A stretch of DNA of 64,000 nt from assembly GCA_002366835.1 (NCBI GenBank), contig DFBZ01000018.1, positions 12,425 through 76,424 on the forward strand, read 5' to 3'. Origin of the DNA: Gammaproteobacteria bacterium UBA3067 (GTDB taxonomy: Bacteria; Pseudomonadota; Gammaproteobacteria; Pseudomonadales; UBA3067). Made by a program: the position numbers and the translations under genes. Each line of letters starts with the position of its first letter. Position 1 is the stretch's first letter. The notes beneath the pieces were generated by a model. The model was not told the origin of the DNA, did not search any database, and saw nothing but the letters and a program-made list of their open reading frames with translations. Shown one piece after another: positions 12,501-20,122 of the stretch.

Positions 12501-13188
12501 TAGCCAGGATGCCGGAGCACTCCGCCTTACAAGTGGCGACTATATCGTACTCAGCATTGCCGATACCGGAATTGGTATGGACAAAGAAATGCAAAATAAA
12601 ATCTTTGATCCTTTTTTCTCCACCAAGGGAGAAAGGGGAACGGGTCTGGGCCTGAGCCAGGTTTATGGTTTTATGGAGAGAAGCTTCGGTGCAATTAAAG
12701 TTTATTCTGAGCCAAACTATGGCTCCCGCTTTTCACTTTATTTTCCCGTAGCGCAATCAAGCAACACCAACAAAAAAGAAGAAAACTCGCTTAAATCCAA
12801 TGAAACCCTATCAGGCAACGCAGCTATTTTAATCGTAGACGATGAAATAGCATTGCTTGAACTCATCAATGAAGTATTAAGCAAACAAGGGTATCAGACC
12901 TATTGTGCAGAAAACGCAGAAGATGCAATGAAAATTGTCAAAAGCCAAAAAATAGATTTGGTTCTTAGCGACATCATCATGCCCAAAACCAATGGTTACC
13001 AACTTGCAAAAAACATTCAACAATATAACCCAAAAATCATTATTCAGTTAATGAGTGGGTTTGATGATGAACATAAAATAGACGACAGCAACCACCAGCT
13101 TCATTCAAAGCAATTAACAAAACCTATAAAAATACGAGCATTGCTAGGGAGAGTAAAAGAATTACTCCATAATCATAGCGATGCTTAA
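6502..13188 (+). CDS. giant multidomain sensor: degenerate Ser/Thr-kinase-like domain + AAA/STAND ATPase + helical repeats + GAF + 3x PAS + histidine kinase + receiver
   Basis: 2228 aa. The kinase-like N-terminus has 'HKGIKPNN' (6868-6891). Walker A 'GLTGIGKS' (7471-7494); Walker B-like 'LVLCVDDLQWCD'. GAF region at ~10.3-10.9 kb; PAS-like repeats at ~10.9-12.0 kb. H-box 'GGIAHDYNNML' (His codon 12100-12102); HATPase 'DTGIGM', 'GTGLGLS'. Receiver 'LVLSDIIMP' (Asp codon 12970-12972). Confidence 0.85.
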   Translation: MDFIFKKKLGSSLNADIYTAYLPSDEKTLYRFKVIKPQFFDATLLEHLRQQLSYLEQLDIKGLQLPELIEDTNTVILKQPFQELPTLGEYLESEGTLSPEQTLQLGISLCEQLENRHAKTWVHKGIKPNNILYSQASGALALLDDIETRTPKQLTHQPNDPDHCRGSLPYQSPEQCSRIHIEIDHRSDFYSLGCVLYRCIAGRPPFISDQALEIAHSHLAEIPLALDKRQPECPASLSNIITTLLEKQTEKRYQSATGIKKDLLTCQDRLSLNDTSAFPLKRHDFSQEIAPLSILVGRQHEKQQLLDLYQQVCNGQLGVAYISGLTGIGKSRLVQELEAPILMQRGLFARGKYNQFSQHQPYDTLTQAIGTLVRQMLTETTEQLETWRSEILDVLGINGQLLTAVIPELLLLLGPQPDVTPLPPTEARNRFNNLFCRFLSCLAQKKHPLVLCVDDLQWCDDATLDLLELIVSNPEEHPYILLILAFRSNEVNARHRIQLTKKLLTKNQTAFLDFELPELDKVAVNEITAYMLNSEPSDTTGITDAIYTTSGGNPLLVSESLRWLHQRDGIHYGDDGLWHWKDIDLAQLELPDSALALFTEKLSLLPPKAQNLLAHAALLGARFKATDLAELLETSLSELLQQLADAFSQRFLLKDKSELYFFHDQLQMAAAKLLSPHEEKKIHKKISQLLIHQLGENKDSEHVHEQGKLLYAIAGHLKKSRERVQSEDKRVEEAYFNSLAGEAALYALAHSAANYYFSESAGLCNMDDWLKRYDFMLRLYKNRARAALLIGEQENANDIINIALKQAQNDLDRADCLLEQTIAIASLGQVEESIMLGKKCCLLLGHPLPDNEEAIAMETANHVKTLQRIECIAEYRKLQAATDRKILIELDLYTELLATFYLSGQVSLFFLASMRALKLALRYGKSDSSSHPLGVVGTYFHFQQEYALSHCYETQFLEEAKEAPYNFSSIRGMTTGLWLTMHHTRSLSELQKLCHTTIQHGLRAGELSYTGLSYMPLVWYQLTKGADIEELKHQINEGLEYCERYNISLPLEICHAIKLALAPLWGEPLSDQHHQIATKKVLQWQEGQHFAALGNFYTYRAMLSYYGGHYEEAEADLISAQAFLEALPGTLIERLWVVYRYLSGLQTGNNPDAEAQLEQVSSWAKYGPIMKPYLALMRAEATALRTNNLNELREVYWNAIDLHHESGEHFHEAYIYQRLGTVLDSHKHHSSKLYLNQAISLYKQCHADLFVNVLNQRFQLTPPIAINRTRLQSIPSEESSDKILDSTFLIEATQNIMKERDYDSLLLKILSSIMARIGAKNAYLITHEDNKLTVRVRGRKNASLETTRVNQEINTAENLCVEIARYTLRSKSPVVLKNAAHEGDFCHSRAVQHYQLKSVLTLPLIAQERTLGLIYLENALIPGVFSDEQVLLLQALTAEAAIALDNSQLISSLQESQDTLIQREQNLAITLNSIGDGVIVTDSSGNISRLNPIAEKLTGWPITEAKGKPVREIFNIVDATTREPMLNPVDKVLSTGEIVYLSNHTTLIAKDGQEYQIADSAAPIHNGDDNILGMILVFNDVTEAYRLRKEIAESHNRLQQVMGDMHSMVATLSPEGAITFVNKKPLSLCGLNTQHVLNQRLWNSFWFNYDKHIQQQVKDACLSAAKGLQINQDMKMQTLDGPIWIEFGLHPIRDEQGAINLLVWEGRDISSRKLAEEKLKEEQALQALTLDNLADAVIIIDQSGIVRHFNAAGRTMFGYSEKEIIGKNVSLLVEEKHAQQHDRYLDNYYKTSLPVIIGTGREVNAKRKNGEVFPFHLTVVELPQTSDGQRRFVGSGQDLTDRKLQQEMLQRSQKMDALGKLTGGIAHDYNNMLGVILGYCELLEPTLSENPEQKNFLQQVQHAAERGAMLTQKLLSYSRQKPSQSEPINVNQLLISQQGMLEKTLTARIQLKLELDENIKAINVNLGELEDAILNICINAMHAMPDGGRISIKTRSQELLSQDAGALRLTSGDYIVLSIADTGIGMDKEMQNKIFDPFFSTKGERGTGLGLSQVYGFMERSFGAIKVYSEPNYGSRFSLYFPVAQSSNTNKKEENSLKSNETLSGNAAILIVDDEIALLELINEVLSKQGYQTYCAENAEDAMKIVKSQKIDLVLSDIIMPKTNGYQLAKNIQQYNPKIIIQLMSGFDDEHKIDDSNHQLHSKQLTKPIKIRALLGRVKELLHNHSDA

Positions 13189-13344
13189 GCCTATGCAATC
13201 CAAGAGAGTTGCACCCTATAGCGCTAAAAAATAACCGCTAAGCAATCCGCTTTAATTTTATATTCTTATTTCTACTGAGAACGGGAACCGCATAAGGGTC
13301 ATCCAGACTCACAAAGTGGCTAGTGCCTTTTGTTTCAATAACAC

Positions 13345-13578
13345 TTATTTGTCGCCTACTTGCTGGCCACTCGCCAACATAGACGCTCGATCAAGAATTG
13401 TGTCTTTTTCGGAAATCAGAATAACGCCACACTTCACATATTGATAAATAGAAAAATCATTCTCATTCATCCACCTTTCCAAGCTATGGATATTATCTGG
13501 CGGATTCAAGTCCCAGAATGGTTCGATAATTTTTGGGGTTATAGAATAACCCCGGCAATAGAGTTTTTTTACGCTCAT
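13345..13578 (-). CDS. hypothetical small protein (77 aa), uncertain
   Basis: The only evidence is an ORF in an otherwise non-coding ~800-bp gap. No recognised motif. An equally long ORF lies on the opposite strand. Confidence 0.2.
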   Translation of the reverse strand: MSVKKLYCRGYSITPKIIEPFWDLNPPDNIHSLERWMNENDFSIYQYVKCGVILISEKDTILDRASMLASGQQVGDK

Positions 13579-13979
13579 TCAAGGGTTTTATTCCTCTCTT
13601 TTTCACCATAGCATCTACTTCCAATACCGCCTCTTCGACCACTTCAAAGAGTTAATGAAGCTTCGCTATCTCTTTGAGTCATAAATGACCTGCGTATCCA
13701 GCTTTAGTTCATTTCTTGGATACTGCAGAACCTCTAAATCACTCATATCCGACAGCTCCTTCAAACCAGCAAGGAATCAACTCAGCCTACGCGAGATCAT
13801 CTTCCAAGACAGCGATCGATAACTTTATACTGCACTTTTCTTCCAGGCATTCTGGGCCACTTTACAACTTTTTAATCCCTGATGCTTAACTTGATTGTGA
13901 AAGCACCGTAAAATGCCCCACGAATCACACCCACTATAGGCATCGCCAGCGCACTTTAAAGCGATTCTAATCTTCTACC

Positions 13980-14696
13980 ATGGAGCTCACTATGAAAAAA
14001 TCACTGATCTGCGGCTTATTAATTGCCACATACCCTCTTACTTCCTTAGCCGCCCCACTCGGGTGGAAAGGAGAGGCTGAGTTAGGGATGGTCATCACCG
14101 ATGGTAATACCGAAACTCAAAACATCAGCGCTAAAATGGATCTGAATGACGAACAAGAAAGCTGGCGTCACAACATTCATGCGGAAGCCCTTAATGCCTC
14201 TGCAGATGACATCAGGTCAGCCGAAAAATATATCCTTTCAGGTAAGACCAGCTATAAATTCAACGAATTTGATTCAGCATTTCTGGTTGGCACCTACGAC
14301 GATGACCGCTTTAGTGGCTTCGATTATCAAGTCAGCCTCGCTGCTGGTTATGGCCGCCGCCTGATTAACAGTGATGACCAGACACTAGATGTGGAAATCG
14401 GCCCTGGTTATCGTATTAACGAACTGGATAGTGGCGACTCTGTCGATGAGGCCATGATTCGTGTTGGCGGCAAATATTTTCTCGCGCTCAGCAAAACCTC
14501 TAATTTCCAACAATCACTCGTTTCTGAAATCGGTGAAGACATCACCATCACCAAGTCTATTACCTCAGTAAAGGCACAGATTAACGGCAGCTTGGCGATG
14601 AAGGCCTCGTTGACCATAAAGAATACCTCAGAAGTACCAGAGGGAACGGAAGAAACGGATACTGAAACGGCCGTGACACTCGTTTACGCATTCTAA
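13980..14696 (+). CDS. DUF481-family outer-membrane beta-barrel protein (YdiY-like)
   Basis: Signal peptide 'LLIATYPLTSLAA'; 'GWKGEAELGMVITDGNTETQN' start typical of DUF481; alternating beta-strand pattern; C-terminal 'LVYAF'. Confidence 0.75.
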   Translation: MELTMKKSLICGLLIATYPLTSLAAPLGWKGEAELGMVITDGNTETQNISAKMDLNDEQESWRHNIHAEALNASADDIRSAEKYILSGKTSYKFNEFDSAFLVGTYDDDRFSGFDYQVSLAAGYGRRLINSDDQTLDVEIGPGYRINELDSGDSVDEAMIRVGGKYFLALSKTSNFQQSLVSEIGEDITITKSITSVKAQINGSLAMKASLTIKNTSEVPEGTEETDTETAVTLVYAF

Positions 14697-14711
14697 TTAT
14701 TTATTTCTGGA

Positions 14712-14755
14712 ACAGGCTGCCCCGAAAAAATATCTTTTGTTTCGGGGCGGCCTGT
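14712..14755. terminator. long GC-rich hairpin between convergent genes (bidirectional terminator candidate)
   Basis: 'acaggctgccccgaaa' (14712-14727) pairs with 'tttcggggcggcctgt' (14740-14755). The loop is A/T-rich. It lies between the DUF481 gene (+) and dtd (-). Confidence 0.6.
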
Positions 14756-14772
14756 CTTATTTAAACCCCTAC

Positions 14773-15210
14773 TCAAGCCTCCAAAATAAACGTCACCGGC
14801 CCATCATTCTGCAGAGAAACCTGCATATCACTGCCAAACTGCCCTGTCGCGACATTCTTTATACTTTTTTCCGCCTCTTTGACCCAGTACTCATATAATT
14901 CGCGCCCCAATTCCGGTGACGCGGCAGCGCTAAAGCTTGGACGTAAGCCCTTATTGGTATCGGCCACCAGCGTAAACTGGGACACCACCAACAGCTCTCC
15001 ACCAATATTTTTCAGGCTAAGATTCATTTTATCGTCCGCATCGGGGAATATACGGTAGTCCAACACTTTATTGAGCAGTTTATCCGCCACTGTTTGATTA
15101 TCATTTTTCGCCACGCCCAGCAACACCAGTAAACCCCGGCCTATTTCACCAACAATTTGCCCGCCCACTTCCACCGATGCGTGCTGAACACGCTGAACCA
15201 CTGCCTTCAT
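14773..15210 (-). CDS. dtd: D-aminoacyl-tRNA deacylase
   Basis: 'MKAVVQRVQHASVEV...GRGLLVLLGV', 'SQFTL', 'GRRPSF'-like 'GLRPSF', 'NDGPVT'. The start was moved to the Met at MKAVVQRV; the ORF track begins 4 codons earlier at 15222. Confidence 0.9.
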   Translation of the reverse strand: MKAVVQRVQHASVEVGGQIVGEIGRGLLVLLGVAKNDNQTVADKLLNKVLDYRIFPDADDKMNLSLKNIGGELLVVSQFTLVADTNKGLRPSFSAAASPELGRELYEYWVKEAEKSIKNVATGQFGSDMQVSLQNDGPVTFILEA

Positions 15211-15446
15211 GCTTAACGACACCTTATAAAAACTTAACCTAGAAACCAGAGCGGGACTCGCTTAAGAACGCCCTTATTAAGCTCAATAGTACACTTTGCG
15301 AGGCAAGCTCACCCAACAGGTAAGACTCTATTTTTAAAATAACGGACTATAGCAGTGTAAACTTCCAGTCTAAGCCGGCCAACTGCGGCTTCTAAGTTTA
15401 ACTGTTAGAATACGCTCCACCCTTAAACAATAACAGCCCCCAACCT

Positions 15447-16358
15447 ATGCCCAATACACCGTTGATTATCTGGCTCTTTACCGATGGAAAACCCGGCCAT
15501 GAAAAACAAAGCCAGGGGCTTATTCAAGGTTTACGAAGCTACACTATGCTGAGGGTCGAAACGATTGCGCTGCACGGCTCTCTATTTCAACGCCTGCGAC
15601 AAAGCCAGGCAACCTGCACCTCTCTCAGCAAAAACTCTACACCCCATCTTCTAATTGGAGCAGGGCATACAACACACCTGCCACTAATTAGAGCACGGCA
15701 AAAACATGGCGGCCACAGTGTTGTATTAATGAAACCCAGTCTGCCCAGCCGATGCTTTGATTTTGCCCTGATACCGAAACACGACCAGCCAAAAACACGC
15801 CCATTTATCATCCCCACCGAAGGTGCCCTGGCACCCGCTAAAATCAGCAGCAAGCAAGCCGACAAAGGGATTATTCTTATCGGCGGCCCCGATAAACGCA
15901 ATATTTGGGATAATGATAATGCATGGCGACAAATAAAGAGCATTTGCAGCGCCCAGAAGGAGTTTCATTGGCAACTGTCCACCTCACGCCGCACTCCAGA
16001 AGATTTTATTGATTCGGGAGAAAAAATCAGCAATCTCGAAATCATAGATTGGAGAGGCACACCTCCCAATTGGCTTGTAGATCAACTGGCAGAAGCAAGT
16101 TACTGCTGGGTAAGCCAAGACAGCGTATCCATGCTTTACGAAGCCCTCAGTGCCCAATGCGCAGTAGGAGTGATAGAACTGAGGCGAAAAAAAGGGGAAG
16201 ATAAAATTAGCCGCAACCTGGAAAGACTGGTGGCAGAAAAGTATCTAACCCCTTTTTCAGATTGGGATCAAAAAAAGCCCTTGCCACCAGGAAAACTAAA
16301 GCTGGCAGAACACCTGCGTTGCGCGAAAATAATTTTAGATCGCATTGACTGGGTATAG
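15447..16358 (+). CDS. ELM1/DUF1022-family protein (glycosyltransferase-fold, function unknown)
   Basis: 'IIWLFTDGKPGHEKQSQGL' resembles the conserved N-terminus of bacterial ELM1-family proteins. ~300 aa. Confidence 0.55.
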   Translation: MPNTPLIIWLFTDGKPGHEKQSQGLIQGLRSYTMLRVETIALHGSLFQRLRQSQATCTSLSKNSTPHLLIGAGHTTHLPLIRARQKHGGHSVVLMKPSLPSRCFDFALIPKHDQPKTRPFIIPTEGALAPAKISSKQADKGIILIGGPDKRNIWDNDNAWRQIKSICSAQKEFHWQLSTSRRTPEDFIDSGEKISNLEIIDWRGTPPNWLVDQLAEASYCWVSQDSVSMLYEALSAQCAVGVIELRRKKGEDKISRNLERLVAEKYLTPFSDWDQKKPLPPGKLKLAEHLRCAKIILDRIDWV

Positions 16359-16389
16359 AAAAATCCAGAAGAAGGCAGGACTAATTCAA

Positions 16390-16926
16390 TTAGAACTCCA
16401 GATAAGCAATACCCGACATAATAAAATCAAATTCCTCATCAAGAATCTGATTTGCCGCCCTGCCCATAAAAATCCGCAAAGACTTAGCCTTCTCCTCATC
16501 ATCCATTTGATTGTAACGTTGCGTCCATTCCTTATCCTCATGGATTCTCTTCAATACAATAGCGCGCAGGTTTTCCTGACTCGGAAACTCGGGGATTTCA
16601 CAAAACAACTCGTATTCTTTTACTGCGCCCCCACCAAGTTTTAGCGTCACTTTTTGCACTTCAATCTGAGAAATAATCTGCGTCACCGGCAGAGATGCTC
16701 CTTGCTTAATCACATGATCGCCTGAAGTTTTAGCCTCTAATACACAACGCCCCTGCTCCATATTGAGCTCATTTCGAGAACGATAGGTTTTTCCTTCTTG
16801 AATAAAAACTTCTGCCTTGGCCTCAAAATGAAGGTCTTTTTTAAAGTTCAAGCTTCCTGCTAAAGCGGGCAAAGAGAATAGAAAACACAGAGATAGAAAG
16901 AGGGATAAAGACGCATTTTTTTTCAT
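16390..16926 (-). CDS. secreted hypothetical protein
   Basis: Clear signal peptide 'MKKNASLSLFLSLCFLFSLPALAG'. No recognised domain. Confidence 0.5.
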   Translation of the reverse strand: MKKNASLSLFLSLCFLFSLPALAGSLNFKKDLHFEAKAEVFIQEGKTYRSRNELNMEQGRCVLEAKTSGDHVIKQGASLPVTQIISQIEVQKVTLKLGGGAVKEYELFCEIPEFPSQENLRAIVLKRIHEDKEWTQRYNQMDDEEKAKSLRIFMGRAANQILDEEFDFIMSGIAYLEF

Positions 16927-16952
16927 TATTTTAAGTCCTGCTGATATAAAGT

Positions 16953-17843
16953 TTACTGGGGACGCTTAAAAGACTTCAAACGTTCAAAATCAATGCCGTT
17001 TTCTGGAATAAATAGCATCGGGACATGAGGTACAAAAAGATTATAAAGTGATTGAATTCGCTCACAGGCAAATTCAAATAACTTTTCCTCCCAAGCCGCA
17101 AAGGTTTTGATCAAAGACCAGTGAGAAACAGTATTAAAACATTTCAATACAAGTGGTGCGCAGGAAAGAGCAATAGCATCCACCAAGCAATACCAGGTGG
17201 CCACGCCACTGGGAGGGTTACCTTGCGTCAAACCAAAAATAGGGTCGATGGCTGTCCACTGCCAAGTTCCCACCAATGTACCCACCCACTCAAGATAAGA
17301 GGTGATGTAGTAAGCGCCAAGATAAACCATGGTGGAACGGCCAAAATATAACACCACCAGGAAAATCAGAAACAACAAGCCACCATAAACATCTTTTTGT
17401 GGTGCATATAAAACACCCCATAATGCCCAAATGGAACCACTTATGATGGCAAAATACAGCACCCATGAGCGATATTGCGTGAATAATGGTGAACGCCCCA
17501 AAGCCACTGCTGTCAGGTAAACCAAACCATGTCCCGGCGGCACAAAGGCAGGCACATTGCTCAAACGATAGGTATAGCCTTCCATATACACAGAAGAAAA
17601 ATATTCCCCAGCTGTGGCAAACGCCACAGCCACAAGAATTTGAGCCTGAACAAGGCGCGTTTCAAATAGAAGAAAAAAAAGCAATACTGCCCAGGCACAA
17701 ACCCCCATAAAATTCTGCAATAATAAGCTGGAGTTTGTGTCCAAGAACAAACAAGCCCAGGCACTGGAAGCCGTTACAAAAGCAATTAATAAATCGTGGT
17801 AACTATTCCGGGTTGCCACTCCAATACTTTTAATATTATTCAT
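16953..17843 (-). CDS. polytopic inner-membrane protein, unknown function
   Basis: 296 aa with ~7-8 hydrophobic segments. No recognised motif. Confidence 0.5.
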   Translation of the reverse strand: MNNIKSIGVATRNSYHDLLIAFVTASSAWACLFLDTNSSLLLQNFMGVCAWAVLLFFLLFETRLVQAQILVAVAFATAGEYFSSVYMEGYTYRLSNVPAFVPPGHGLVYLTAVALGRSPLFTQYRSWVLYFAIISGSIWALWGVLYAPQKDVYGGLLFLIFLVVLYFGRSTMVYLGAYYITSYLEWVGTLVGTWQWTAIDPIFGLTQGNPPSGVATWYCLVDAIALSCAPLVLKCFNTVSHWSLIKTFAAWEEKLFEFACERIQSLYNLFVPHVPMLFIPENGIDFERLKSFKRPQ

Positions 17844-17865
17844 ACAACAACATTAACCTGCGACA

Positions 17866-18564
17866 TTAACTTGCAACACAGGCGTCAAATTCAGCCAGAC
17901 ATTTATCGGCATCATCAGCACCTCTTAGTAATAATTGTAAAAATAAAACATCTTTAGCCTGCAAAGGACCAACACCTGCGGGTGTGCCCGTCATCACCAC
18001 ATCGCCTGGCAACAAGGTAAAATGATAAGAGATTGTAGAGATCAAAGGCAATATAGAGCTTATCATTTCAAGGGCAAATCCCTTTTGACGCAATTCACCA
18101 TTTACCTTGGCACACAAGCCAAGCTGTTCAGGGTTGCCTACTTTGTCTGCCTCAACAAAAGCAGACAATGGGCAGGCGCCGTCAAAAGACTTGGCAATTT
18201 CCCAAGGGTGGCCCTTGGATTTCAACTGATTTTGCACGTCACGCAAGGTCAAGTCCAAACCAAGCCCATAACCTGCTATTTTAGCCTGAATACTTTCCAC
18301 CGGCTGCTTTGAAATTTCATCCCCAATCAAAACAGATATTTCTGTTTCAAAATGACAAGACCCACCCGAGGCAGGTAAAACAATGCCCTCTTCCATGGAC
18401 ACTACGCTGGTGGAGGGCTTGATAAACAACAAGGGGGAGGCTGGCACCGGGTTGTTTAATTCCTTCGCGTGTTCGGCATAATTTCGCCCCACACACACGA
18501 CCTTCCCCACAGGCAAGACAGCGGTTTCTCCCTTTATAAATTGATGCGAATAGCTCAAGACCAA
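17866..18564 (-). CDS. fumarylacetoacetate hydrolase (FAH) family protein (YcgM-like)
   Basis: 'GKVVCVGRNYAEHAKEL', 'FETEISVLIG', 'LLPGDVVMTGTPAGVG' are FAH-family signatures. TTG start. Confidence 0.8.
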   Translation of the reverse strand: MVLSYSHQFIKGETAVLPVGKVVCVGRNYAEHAKELNNPVPASPLLFIKPSTSVVSMEEGIVLPASGGSCHFETEISVLIGDEISKQPVESIQAKIAGYGLGLDLTLRDVQNQLKSKGHPWEIAKSFDGACPLSAFVEADKVGNPEQLGLCAKVNGELRQKGFALEMISSILPLISTISYHFTLLPGDVVMTGTPAGVGPLQAKDVLFLQLLLRGADDADKCLAEFDACVAS

Positions 18565-18577
18565 CTCTCCACGACGC

Positions 18578-19975
18578 TTATAAAACCTTACCGGGGTTCA
18601 TGATTCCCTTCGGATCAAAAGCCTGTTTAATGGCTTTCATATAAGCAATCTCTTCTTCACTACGGGTATAGGACAAATAAGGTTGTTTTAATAAGCCCAC
18701 GCCATGTTCAGCAGAGATGCTGCCCTCGTATTTTTGTACGATTTCAAACACCCATTGGCTGACTTTCTGACAATGGCTAAAGAACTCCTCCTTCGCCAAG
18801 GCCTCAGGTTTAAGTATATTAAGATGCACATTGCCATCGCCAATATGACCAAACCAGACGATCTCAAAATCAGGGTAATGCGCCTTCACAATGGCATCCA
18901 CCTCGGCAATAAAATCGGGCACATGAGAAATGGTGACAGAAATATCGTTCTTATAGGGCGTAAATTCAGAAATGGTTTCACTGATGTATTCACGCAGTTT
19001 CCAAAGATTTTCTGCCTGGCGCTCGCTCTGACTCATTACGCCGTCCACAACCCAGCCCTGCTCTACGCAGGATTCAAATAAGGACATTGCGGTATCCAGC
19101 ATTTGCTCATTATCGGCTTCGAACTCCAGCAAGGCGTAGTATGGCGTTTGCTCGGCAAAAGGCCGCGCTACTTTGCCACCCGCCACCACATGGGAGGCAG
19201 CTACATCGGAGAAAAATTCAAAGGCGGTTAAGTCCATATTAGACTGAAAGGTATTCAGTACCTGCATGATGGAGGCAAAATCCGGCGTACCCAGCACCAA
19301 CACAGTGAGGTTTTTGGGTGGCCTGGCCAACTGAATGGTGGCATCCACCACAATACCCAAGGTACCTTCCGCGCCGACAAATAAGTGGCGCAGATCATAA
19401 CCCGTGGCATTTTTCACCAGGCCCTTATTCAGGGATAGCACGTCCCCCTTGCCCGTCACCACGGTAAGACCAGCCACCCAATCACGCGTCATGCCATAGC
19501 GAATCACCTTGATACCACCGGCATTGGTGCTGATATTGCCGCCAATCTGGCTCGACCCGCTGGAAGCAAAATCCACCGGATAATAAAAACCTTTCTCTTC
19601 GGCAAAGTCTTGCAGTTGCTGTGTTACCACCCCGGCACCGCAGCGCACTGTGCGCTCGGTATCGCTGAACTCCTTGATTTCATTGAGCAAGTCTAGGGCA
19701 ATCACCACTTCTTTATTACGTGCAACTGCACCGCCACTGAGCCCAGTTCTCCCGCCAGAGGGCACCAGGGAGACCTGGTTTTCATTCGCCCAGAGGACAA
19801 GGGCTTGCACCTCCTCAAGGGACTTAGGTAAGACAATAGCAAGCGGATCAGGCTGCCATTGTTTAGTCCAGTCGCAACCATAATGTTGAAGGCTGTCGGC
19901 ATCAGTCAGCACCCGCCCCTCTTGAACCAAACCTTCCAACTCTTTAACAACTGCCGCGGTGTCCGAATTACTCAT
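18578..19975 (-). CDS. FAD-linked oxidase, D-2-hydroxyglutarate dehydrogenase-like (GlcD family)
   Basis: FAD-binding PCMH-type region 'VSLVPSGGRTGLSGGA'; C-terminal 'SAEHGVGLLK' and 'DPKGIMNPGK'. Divergent from serA, as for D2HGDH in Pseudomonas. Confidence 0.75.
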   Translation of the reverse strand: MSNSDTAAVVKELEGLVQEGRVLTDADSLQHYGCDWTKQWQPDPLAIVLPKSLEEVQALVLWANENQVSLVPSGGRTGLSGGAVARNKEVVIALDLLNEIKEFSDTERTVRCGAGVVTQQLQDFAEEKGFYYPVDFASSGSSQIGGNISTNAGGIKVIRYGMTRDWVAGLTVVTGKGDVLSLNKGLVKNATGYDLRHLFVGAEGTLGIVVDATIQLARPPKNLTVLVLGTPDFASIMQVLNTFQSNMDLTAFEFFSDVAASHVVAGGKVARPFAEQTPYYALLEFEADNEQMLDTAMSLFESCVEQGWVVDGVMSQSERQAENLWKLREYISETISEFTPYKNDISVTISHVPDFIAEVDAIVKAHYPDFEIVWFGHIGDGNVHLNILKPEALAKEEFFSHCQKVSQWVFEIVQKYEGSISAEHGVGLLKQPYLSYTRSEEEIAYMKAIKQAFDPKGIMNPGKVL

Positions 19976-20122
19976 ACAAATCTAACTCTTTACTCAAGTA
20001 TATTGGTTGCCGGGAACAGGCTCTTTCGCAACATTTATCAGCACGATCGGGCGCTTCAATTCCGACTCAATATGGTATTATACCCCGCTGCAGAATATTC
20101 CTACCAACCTGGGCTCATTTAC

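Noticed and set aside
15587-15974. 118-aa and 82-aa minus-strand ORFs inside the ELM1-family gene, and similar shadow ORFs elsewhere (e.g. 22226-22528, 20383-20701, 10800-11093)
   Set aside because: All are antisense to better-supported genes and lack motifs, so I treat them as shadow ORFs.
19859-20122. 88-codon N-terminal extension of the serA ORF in the ORF track
   Set aside because: The extension overlaps the divergent oxidase gene and the intergenic promoter region. Canonical SerA begins at 'MAKTSLDRSKIRVLLLEG' (ATG 20123).
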